A stretch of DNA of 28,022 nucleotides from Flavobacteriales bacterium. GTDB taxonomy: Bacteria; Bacteroidota; Bacteroidia; Flavobacteriales_D; Crocinitomicaceae. The stretch is taken from contig VEQH01000059.1 of assembly GCA_018883325.1 (NCBI GenBank), forward strand, positions 1 through 28,022. Reading direction: 5' to 3'. Under the pieces are notes generated by a model, which worked only from the letters and a program-made list of their open reading frames with translations, made no database searches and was not told where the DNA came from. The translations under genes were made by a program, and so were the position numbers. Shown here piece by piece: positions 1 through 6,303 of the stretch (within the stretch, counting starts at the first letter, position 1; each line of letters begins with the position of its first letter).

Positions 1-535
1 ACTCTGAATTGTCTTCTGAAAGCCCTCCTGCGGGAACGATCATGTGAATATGAGGGTGGTAGCTGAGTGTTTGTCCCCAAGTATGTAAAACTCCAACTGC
101 GCCATATTTTGCCCCTAAATAGTTTGTATTTTTAGCACCTTGAGTAATGGCTTTTGTTGCTGCATAAAAAAGTAAATTATAGGCTTCTTTTTGATTGATA
201 TAAAACAATTTGTTCAGACATTCAGGAATGGTAAATACCAAATGAAAGTACTTGACTGGCGGTAGATTTCCAGAGAGTTTATCAATCCATTTTTCCTTTT
301 TTACAAACTGACATTTTGGACAGTGTCTGTTCCGACAAGAGTTATAAGCTTGCTTGGTATGCTTACATTTATCACATATCTTTAAATGTCCACCAAGTTG
401 TGCGGTTCGACATTTTAGAATATCGTTGAAAGCTTTTTTTTGAACATCAGTAAATTTCTTTTGATGTTCTTCAAAAAAGTTAGCTCGAGTAGCAAAAATG
501 GATGCTATCTCCACCTTTGAACGCTTGTTAGACAT
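1..535 (-). CDS. IS91-family (Y2 HUH, rolling-circle) transposase. Only the N-terminal ~178 aa are present; the 3' end runs off the window.
   Basis: This ORF is missing from the ORF track because it is cut by the window edge. My minus-strand translation from the ATG at 535-533 reads MSNKRSKVEIASIFATRANFFEEHQKKFTDVQKKAFNDILKCRTAQLGGHLKICDKCKHTKQAYNSCRNRHCPKCQFVKKEKWIDKL...YFHLVFTIPE...GAVGVLHTWGQTLSYHPHIHMIVPAGGLSED. It shows the CxxC..CxxC zinc-binding N-domain followed by the HPHIH (HUH) block typical of IS91/IS801-type transposases. Confidence 0.85.
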   Translation of the reverse strand, partial: MSNKRSKVEIASIFATRANFFEEHQKKFTDVQKKAFNDILKCRTAQLGGHLKICDKCKHTKQAYNSCRNRHCPKCQFVKKEKWIDKLSGNLPPVKYFHLVFTIPECLNKLFYINQKEAYNLLFYAATKAITQGAKNTNYLGAKYGAVGVLHTWGQTLSYHPHIHMIVPAGGLSEDNSE

Positions 536-540
536 AGATT

Positions 541-1413
541 CTACACGTTCATTCCTTCCAAGGGAGAGATAACACTTTTTAGGTTTACATTCGTAAGATG
601 TAGATAAACGGAGGTGGTTTTCAAGGAAGTGTGTCCCAAAAATTCTTGAATCAATCGAAGGTTTACTCCTGCTTCCAAAAGGTGCGTTGCGAATGAGTGA
701 CGAAGTGTATGTGCCGAGACATCCTTTGAAATACCTGCTCGCTCTGCGCTTTGTTTGACAATGTAATCAAGTGTTCTATCAGAAATCATCTTTCCTTTTT
801 CACCATTTGGTTCAAAGAGATATGTCGATGGTCTTTCTAACTTGAAATAAGTCCTCAAAAGTTTTAGCGCTTTTGGAGAAAGAATTGTTTGTCGATCTTT
901 TCTTCCTTTTCCTTGCGTTACATTCACCACCATCCTCTGAGAATCAATTGCTTTAGGATTCATTTGGAGTAGTTCCATTTTACGCAAACCCGCTGAATAC
1001 ATTAATGTTAGCATTGCTCGATGCTTGATATTTCTGGTGTTCGAAATCATACTTTCCACTTCTCGGACGGAAAGTACGGTAGGTAGTTTTTTCTCCCTTC
1101 TTGGTCGTTTGATAATGATTCCCTTCCAAGGTTGTTTTAGCACGTCTTGAACAAAAATCTTGAATGCACTAATGTGTTGATTGATATAGGAAGTGGATTT
1201 TTTGTCGATTGCAAGTTGTTGATGCAAATACTTCTTTAATTCATCCTCAGAGATTAAACTTAGTGGTTTTCCTAGCTTCAATTCCATCAATTGCATGCAA
1301 TCACAATAAGCGTCGATAGTGTTGATGGTGTAATTTCGATACTCTAATTCAAATCGAAGCTTTTTGACATCTGTCGATAATTCTCTTTTCATACTGATAA
1401 ATTTTAAGTTCAA
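541..1413 (-). CDS. Tyrosine-type site-specific recombinase/integrase (XerC/D-like, phage integrase family)
   Basis: The 290-aa ORF has an N-terminal SAM-like core-binding region. Its C-terminal catalytic signature reads ...AMLTLMYSAGLRKMEL...HTLRHSFATHLLEAGVNLRLIQEFLGHTSLKTTSVYLH, which supplies the R..HxxR..Y residues. The stop codon (541-543) lies 5 nt upstream of the transposase ATG (535). Confidence 0.9.
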   Translation of the reverse strand: MNLKFISMKRELSTDVKKLRFELEYRNYTINTIDAYCDCMQLMELKLGKPLSLISEDELKKYLHQQLAIDKKSTSYINQHISAFKIFVQDVLKQPWKGIIIKRPRREKKLPTVLSVREVESMISNTRNIKHRAMLTLMYSAGLRKMELLQMNPKAIDSQRMVVNVTQGKGRKDRQTILSPKALKLLRTYFKLERPSTYLFEPNGEKGKMISDRTLDYIVKQSAERAGISKDVSAHTLRHSFATHLLEAGVNLRLIQEFLGHTSLKTTSVYLHLTNVNLKSVISPLEGMNV

Positions 1414-1433
1414 CTTAAAAGTATCTGAGAATT

Positions 1434-1451
1434 ACCGATTGTCAAATCGGT
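1434..1451 (-). promoter_or_regulatory. Perfect 7-bp stem / 4-nt loop hairpin about 20 nt upstream of the integrase ATG. It may be an operator, an IS-internal structure or an end structure.
   Basis: The sequence is ACCGATT-GTCA-AATCGGT (1434-1440 / 1445-1451). Read on the minus strand the loop plus flank spells TTGACA. No function can be assigned. Confidence 0.25.
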
Positions 1452-1565
1452 TTAGTTCAACTTTTATATACTCGAAACAAATCTTCGCATAGCATTTAAC
1501 ACTATGTAAGCTTGTCGAAAGTTTATTTCGCATCTATCTTCTTTCAAATATATCTAAAAAATGGA

Positions 1566-1941
1566 AGAGTTAGAATTAAATTTAAAATGTAAAATTGTGA
1601 ATTGAAAGTTGATAGTTGAAAGTTTTTCTTCGAGTAGTAAACCTCAATCAAGCATCAAAACTTCTTTCTTCGCGTTAAAATACAAACTCTCATCCACCTT
1701 CCGTCCTCCTCTGACGGAGTCTGATACTCGTCAGAGTCGTCAGACTTCAAAGGATGAAAGCAAATCTCACTTCGAAGTAATGCTATAACAAGATTTTTAT
1801 TCGAGTTATGAATCCCAACCAAAAACCAAAAATCAAGAATCAAACATCAAAAATCTTTTCTTCGCGTTATGAATCCTAATTCAAAATTCAACATTAACAC
1901 TTCGGTAGACTCAGTGCAAGAAATTAAGCATTAAAAATTCA
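1566..1941 (+). repeat. Mosaic intergenic repeat locus 1, same family as loci 2 and 3
   Basis: It contains the shared modules AAAATGTAAAATTG, TTCTTCGAG/TTCTTCGCG punctuation (1626-1634, 1666-1674, 1858-1866) and TTATGAATCCTAATTCAAAATTCAACATTAACACTTCGGTAGACTCAGTGCAAGAAATTAAGCATTAAAAATTC. These match 16515-16570, 16880-16980 and 17050-17157. A unique, GC-richer insert sits at about 1686-1795. The locus runs into the TGA stop (1939-1941) of the vWA gene. Confidence 0.85.
1709..1745. other. Nested or alternative hairpin structure inside the unique insert of repeat locus 1
   Basis: CTCTGACG (1709-1716) pairs with CGTCAGAG (1729-1736), an 8-bp perfect stem with a 12-nt loop. Alternatively GTCTGA (1719-1724) pairs with TCAGAC (1740-1745). 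TCGTCAGA occurs twice in tandem. No U-tract follows on either strand, so this is not a classical terminator. Confidence 0.4.
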
Positions 1942-4017
1942 ATAACTCCCCAAATATCTTCTCAAAAACCACTCGCCAGCAAGTAAAAGAAAAAGTAATA
2001 GAAAAATGGAAAAATAATCCATAAGGTCGTTGAAAGCCGTTTCTTCGTATTGAACGTTGGCAATATCTTCTCTTTTTTCAATAGCTGAAAGTAAAGATTC
2101 ATATTGATTCAATTGGTAGAACTTTCCGTTAGATTGTTTTGCAAGTTGCTTCAAAACACCATGATTGGCAGTTGTTTCAGATTTTTCAATTTGAATATCT
2201 TCCACTACAAAATAACCTTGCTTCGTGTAGGTTTTTCCATCGTAGGAAGTTTTTGCCGACCAATTGTATTTTCCTGCTTTAAGTTTACCCAATGAAAGTT
2301 TGTAAGATGAGCCAAAAACACCAAACTGCGAACGATAGACTTTACCATTTTCAGCAGTAACTTTCATATCAATCAACGGTTTTGTTATTGCTTCCAACGA
2401 AGCGTTGTAGAACGAAGCGTTAACAATCACATCTTCGTCAATTGTGAAGCGTTTTTGAAATTCGACACGCAAACCTGCGCCTTGTTGTTTCACCAATAGG
2501 TAATTAAAGATTTTACTCCACAAATCTTTAAAAGCATCGTGCGTTCCCGTTCTGACAAAATCATTTAATTTCCAACGCCATAATCCTTCACCGTAAAGCA
2601 CACCTGAGCGCAAGTCGTTTTGTTGTAAGAAAAACAATAATGGTTCTTTTTTACGAATTTGTCCAATGCGTTGATGCAACAAGATTTCTGCATTTCCATT
2701 CATTTTCAAACTTCCAAACTTGCTTTTCAGAGGTGGATAATACATTAAAGCATCTGCCACTTTATCGTCAATTTCAAACGATGAAAAACTTGGATTTAGA
2801 AATGCTTGATTATCGTCCGTTTGGTTTCCTGCAGCTGCTGCAAGTCCAAGATTCAACTTTGAAAGAACTCCATTCGATGTATTTGGACCAATCACAAAAA
2901 ACAAAGGAATTTTCTTCGATTGAATTGCATCTAAAGCCGATTGGTCAAAATTAATTCCGGGTTCGTGCCAAATCACTAAATTAACCTTGTCTAAAGATTT
3001 ATTCCAATCTTTCAAAATTAAACTTTCCGCCTCGATGTTTTCGTTTGCGTCCAAAACATCTTTCAAAGCTGCAACATCAGGATGCGGTGCTCCAGCCAAA
3101 AGCAAAACTTTACTGCGGGCATCAATCACTTCAATGTAAAAAGTACGCGTATTGTTTTTCAGCGTGTATTCGTTATCAATTGCTTCGAGTTTGACAGTGT
3201 AAGTTTGAAATCCTGGTTTTGTGGCATTTAAAACAAAATTTGCTTGCTGAAAATCGCGTTTGCCATTTTTGTATTGAACCACCTGATTAGCAACTTTTTG
3301 TCCATTTTGAAAGATCGAAATATTTACACTGCGAGCGCCGATTTTAAAAGATTCTAAATCAACTTCAACAGGGAAATCATTTTTCAAAAAAGCAATGTCA
3401 TTGACTGTAATATTTCGAATTAAATGATCTTTTTTAGGAGTTGTGTCCCCAACTGCAAGTGTGAAAACTGGCGTTAAACTAATTTTTTCTGCCGCATAAC
3501 TTGGATTGGCACCAACGTTGTAATTTCCATCTGAAACAAAAGCAATTCCACCAATATTGCGGTTATAATAATCGACATTGATTTTTTCAAACCCCAATTC
3601 CAAGGCAGAGCTATTTTCTTTAAAGCTTGGAATATCAGAACCTACTTCAGTTCCAACGGTCATCGTAACTAATTCAAAACGCTCAGCATATTTCTCCTTC
3701 AATTTGGCAAGAAAATCCGTTGTGTTTTTTCGAACACTTCCGCTGTCTTTGTAATTCAACATAGAAGAAGAATTGTCAATGAGCGTTATAAAAACAGGTT
3801 TCTCTTCGCGGTAATTCAAAGATTGAACAATGAGTCCGAGCAGTAAAATACCAATAAGTGCCAAGGATGAAAAGCGCAAAACACGCAAAATCCATTGATA
3901 ACTCGGTTTAACTTCCGCAAACCAACCTTTATTTTGATAGTGAAAATAGGTAATTCCAGCTGCAACAAGTACGATTGGAATTAACCACCAAATAGAAAAA
4001 TCAGAAATTAGATGCAT
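1939..4017 (-). CDS. vWA-domain membrane protein with a BatA-like N-terminal double-TM domain and a C-terminal TM anchor
   Basis: The 692-aa ORF has an N-terminus with two TM helices (WWLIPIVLVAAGITYF...; FSSLALIGILLLGLIV). These are followed by a MIDAS-like motif VFITLIDNSSSM (DxSxS). The C-terminus is a hydrophobic anchor plus basic tail, FSIFLLLFLLLAGEWFLRRY. Confidence 0.75.
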   Translation of the reverse strand: MHLISDFSIWWLIPIVLVAAGITYFHYQNKGWFAEVKPSYQWILRVLRFSSLALIGILLLGLIVQSLNYREEKPVFITLIDNSSSMLNYKDSGSVRKNTTDFLAKLKEKYAERFELVTMTVGTEVGSDIPSFKENSSALELGFEKINVDYYNRNIGGIAFVSDGNYNVGANPSYAAEKISLTPVFTLAVGDTTPKKDHLIRNITVNDIAFLKNDFPVEVDLESFKIGARSVNISIFQNGQKVANQVVQYKNGKRDFQQANFVLNATKPGFQTYTVKLEAIDNEYTLKNNTRTFYIEVIDARSKVLLLAGAPHPDVAALKDVLDANENIEAESLILKDWNKSLDKVNLVIWHEPGINFDQSALDAIQSKKIPLFFVIGPNTSNGVLSKLNLGLAAAAGNQTDDNQAFLNPSFSSFEIDDKVADALMYYPPLKSKFGSLKMNGNAEILLHQRIGQIRKKEPLLFFLQQNDLRSGVLYGEGLWRWKLNDFVRTGTHDAFKDLWSKIFNYLLVKQQGAGLRVEFQKRFTIDEDVIVNASFYNASLEAITKPLIDMKVTAENGKVYRSQFGVFGSSYKLSLGKLKAGKYNWSAKTSYDGKTYTKQGYFVVEDIQIEKSETTANHGVLKQLAKQSNGKFYQLNQYESLLSAIEKREDIANVQYEETAFNDLMDYFSIFLLLFLLLAGEWFLRRYLGSY

Positions 4018-4022
4018 CGCTT

Positions 4023-4030
4023 CAAAAATA
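4023..4030 (-). promoter_or_regulatory. Bacteroidota -7 box TATTTTTG, 5 nt upstream of the vWA ATG
   Basis: The minus-strand sequence reads TATTTTTG-AAGCG-ATG, an exact match to the TAnnTTTG consensus of sigmaA-type Bacteroidetes promoters. Confidence 0.45.
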
Positions 4031-4203
4031 GTTAGAATAAAGAAAAGAAGCGAAATTTAATTTGTGAGGAATTTTAAAATTTCACAAAAATGAAGGATCG
4101 AATGAAGGAAATCTGAGTAAACGCTTTCATGCTGGTAGATTTTCTTCCAGAGCTATTACGCGGTCTATTTTCAGTCAAAAAGACTACTTGTGTGGGTGTT
4201 TCA

Positions 4204-4233
4204 GCGAAAATGCTTCGCATTTTCGCATTTTTA
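4204..4233 (+). terminator. Intrinsic-terminator-like hairpin in the ClC leader or divergent intergenic region
   Basis: GCGAAAATGC-TTC-GCATTTTCGC forms a perfect 10-bp stem with a 3-nt loop (4204-4226), followed by ATTTTTA (4227-4233) on the plus strand only. No plus-strand CDS lies upstream. The hairpin sits 139 nt before the ClC ATG at 4372. Confidence 0.5.
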
Positions 4234-4358
4234 TCCATTGAAAAGTCCTTCCGAGTAAAGCGAGGAATCTTCTGGTACGTTTGTGAATATTCAAAACCAA
4301 ACAAATAATTGAATCAAGCTAAAATTAGAATTAACTTTTATAGCTTATTATGTTGGTG

Positions 4359-4366
4359 TATCTTTG
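4359..4366 (+). promoter_or_regulatory. Bacteroidota -7 box TATCTTTG, 5 nt upstream of the ClC ATG
   Basis: The sequence reads TATCTTTG-TTGAA-ATG(4372), an exact TAnnTTTG match. Confidence 0.45.
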
Positions 4367-4371
4367 TTGAA

Positions 4372-6159
4372 ATGGTTACTTTTAAAAATATACAAAAAAA
4401 ACTTGAGGAAGGGATTTACTTAATTAAATCAAAGTTAAGTCGCCGACAGTTTATTTTGTTTTCAAGTGTTGTTGTAGGTGCATCCTCCGCTTTTGCTGCA
4501 ATAGTCTTAAAACGCTTTGTTCACGTCATTTTTGAATTTGCAACACATAATCGCATTTCAAACTACAAGTTTTTCTATTTGCTGCTACCGATGATTGGGA
4601 TTTTCTTAACTGTTTTTGTTATTGGAAAATTCCTTGGAGGTTCATTAAGCAAAGGTTTGGCTCAAATTCATTCAGCAATTGCCAAAAAATCGAGTTTCAT
4701 GCCAAGACGCAATATGTTTGACCAAGTTTTGACAAGTTCCTTGACTGTTGGATTTGGTGGTTCAACTGGGTTAGAAGCTCCGATTGTTATTACTGGTGCG
4801 GCCTTTGGTTCCAACTATTCCAAAACCTATCGCCTTAATTACAGCGAGCGCACTTTGTTATTAGCTTGTGGAATTTCAGCGGGAATTGCTGCGGCTTTTA
4901 ATGCACCGATTGCAGGCGTACTTTTTGCACTTGAAGTTTTATTGGTGGACATCAGTATTTCAGCATTTACACCTTTGATTATTGCATCTGCAACAGGCGC
5001 ATTGATTTCAATTATTACGTTGAATGATTCGATTCTATTGAACATTAAATCGACTCAAAATTTTAATTATTGGAACTTGCCGTTTTATATTTTACTTGGG
5101 GTTTTCGCTGGATTAATTGCAGTTTACCATACGCGAACATTCTTCAATATCGAGCATTTCTTGTCAAAACGAATCAAGAAACCAATCTGGCGAATTTTAC
5201 TTGCTGGTTTTGTCTTAGCAGCTTTAATTGCAGTTTTCCCTCCGCTTTTTGGTGAAGGTTATCAAAGTATTAAATTACTCGCTGACAAGCATCCACAGGA
5301 ATTATTCACTAACTCAGTTTTTCAGTTTTTGAATTCAAATGAATTAGTTGTAATTGGTTTTGTTGGCTTACTAGTTTTTTTGAAGTCAATTGCAACAGCA
5401 CTAACAATTGGTGGTGGTGGAAACGGTGGAAACTTCGCTCCTTCTTTATTCATTGGTGCTTATCTTGGTTTTTTTATTTCGAGAATTGTCAACTATTTCA
5501 AAATATCCGAATTGCCAGAAGGAAATTTCACACTAGTTGGAATGGCAGGAATTTTAAGTGGTTTGTATCATGCTCCTCTGACTGCGATATTCCTAATTGC
5601 TGAAATAACTGGTGGATATTCCTTGATGATTCCATTAATGATCGTTTCTTCCATCAGTTTTGCTGTTTCAAAATACTTTGAGCCTTTTTCGATGGATGCA
5701 AAAAACTTGGCAAAAAAAGGAGAAACTTTCACAACTGACAAAGATTTTAATGTACTCACAACCATAAAAACAATTGAATTAGTTGAAAAAGATTATCCAC
5801 ATTTATCGCCATTTGGAACCTTGAGAACGCTCGTTGAAGTCGTTTCGCAATCGAAAAGAAATGTCTTCCCAGTAACTGACGAAAATGAAAATTTAATGGG
5901 CGTTGTGCTTTTGGATGATATTCGTGAAATCATGTTTAAACAAGATTCGTACGACAGCGTTCAAATTAAAGAATTGATGCGAATGCCTTTAGCAATCATC
6001 CAATCTGACGAAAATATGAACCAAGTAATGAAGTATTTCGATGAAACAGGAGCTTGGATTCTCCCCGTTGTAAAAGACTATAAATTTGTTGGTTTTATTT
6101 CAAAATCCAATGTTTTCTCAGGCTACCGAGAAAAATTAAAAGATCATACGATTGAGTAG
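4372..6159 (+). CDS. ClC-family chloride channel / Cl-/H+ antiporter with two C-terminal CBS domains
   Basis: The tracked ORF is 4309-6159 and opens with TTG. I prefer the in-frame ATG at 4372 (MVTFKNIQKK...) because of the promoter box just upstream. ClC motifs present are GGSTGLEAP (the GxEGP-type motif with the gating Glu) and GGNFAPSLFIGA (GxFxP), with about 10 TM helices. The C-terminal ~140 aa has a CBS-pair pattern (VFPVTDENENLMGVVLLDDI... and AWILPVVKDYKFVGFISKSNV). Confidence 0.9.
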   Translation: MVTFKNIQKKLEEGIYLIKSKLSRRQFILFSSVVVGASSAFAAIVLKRFVHVIFEFATHNRISNYKFFYLLLPMIGIFLTVFVIGKFLGGSLSKGLAQIHSAIAKKSSFMPRRNMFDQVLTSSLTVGFGGSTGLEAPIVITGAAFGSNYSKTYRLNYSERTLLLACGISAGIAAAFNAPIAGVLFALEVLLVDISISAFTPLIIASATGALISIITLNDSILLNIKSTQNFNYWNLPFYILLGVFAGLIAVYHTRTFFNIEHFLSKRIKKPIWRILLAGFVLAALIAVFPPLFGEGYQSIKLLADKHPQELFTNSVFQFLNSNELVVIGFVGLLVFLKSIATALTIGGGGNGGNFAPSLFIGAYLGFFISRIVNYFKISELPEGNFTLVGMAGILSGLYHAPLTAIFLIAEITGGYSLMIPLMIVSSISFAVSKYFEPFSMDAKNLAKKGETFTTDKDFNVLTTIKTIELVEKDYPHLSPFGTLRTLVEVVSQSKRNVFPVTDENENLMGVVLLDDIREIMFKQDSYDSVQIKELMRMPLAIIQSDENMNQVMKYFDETGAWILPVVKDYKFVGFISKSNVFSGYREKLKDHTIE

Positions 6160-6289
6160 GATTAAAAAGACTAAGGTTTTTTTCTTTTTACTAATGCATC
6201 ATTTTCATTCTGTTTCTGAATTCTTTCCCATTCAATTTTTAAAAAGTATATCCAATCAAAATAATTCTAGATTAAAAGCGTTTAGCTTC

Positions 6290-6297
6290 TATCTTTG
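6290..6297 (+). promoter_or_regulatory. Bacteroidota -7 box TATCTTTG, 6 nt upstream of the receptor ATG
   Basis: The sequence reads TATCTTTG-CGTTCA-ATG(6304), an exact TAnnTTTG match. The TTG start used by the ORF track (6295) lies inside this box. Confidence 0.45.
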
Positions 6298-6303
6298 CGT
6301 TCA

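Larger units (their letters stand above)
1..1413 (-). mobile_element. Two-ORF IS91-family unit (upstream tyrosine recombinase plus HUH transposase). The element ends are not defined within the window.
   Basis: Both genes lie on the same strand with a 5-nt intergenic gap. A subgroup of IS91-family elements is known to carry an upstream phage-integrase-like ORF. The left (ori) end lies outside the window and the right (ter) end cannot be placed from sequence alone. Confidence 0.6.

Noticed and set aside
1655-1843. Small ORFs inside the repeat loci (1655-1843 minus, 16697-16912 minus, 16962-17159 plus)
   Set aside because: They lie wholly in low-complexity repeat DNA. Their reading frames are not preserved between repeat copies because indels of 9-14 nt and stop codons differ. 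The peptides are compositionally implausible.
4074-4304. 76-aa minus-strand ORF in the vWA/ClC divergent intergenic region
   Set aside because: It has no recognisable motif or hydrophobic segment. It spans the plus-strand terminator-like hairpin. It would end about 50 nt upstream of a gene that has its own promoter box. It is treated as non-coding, although a small protein cannot be strictly excluded.
4100-4371. Fluoride (crcB-motif) riboswitch upstream of the ClC gene
   Set aside because: The conserved crcB-motif core (GGnGAUGG...AAACCGCC...CUAAUGAnUCCUAC-like) is not present beyond a chance AAACGC. The downstream channel is a canonical CBS-domain ClC with GxEGP-type and GxFxP motifs rather than a short ClC-F fluoride exporter.
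6160-6200. Terminator after the ClC gene (AAAAAGAC..GTTTTTTTC), and the A/T palindromes at 8962-8969 and 14682-14697
   Set aside because: The stems are A/T-only or 4-8 bp with mismatches, which is too weak to call.
4309-6303. TTG start codons proposed by the ORF track for the ClC (4309) and the receptor (6295)
   Set aside because: In-frame ATGs at 4372 and 6304 are each preceded by an exact TAnnTTTG box. The 6295 TTG lies inside that box. The 6304 start gives a canonical signal peptide. The extra 21 residues at 4309 (NQAKIRINFYSLLCWCIFVE) look non-native.
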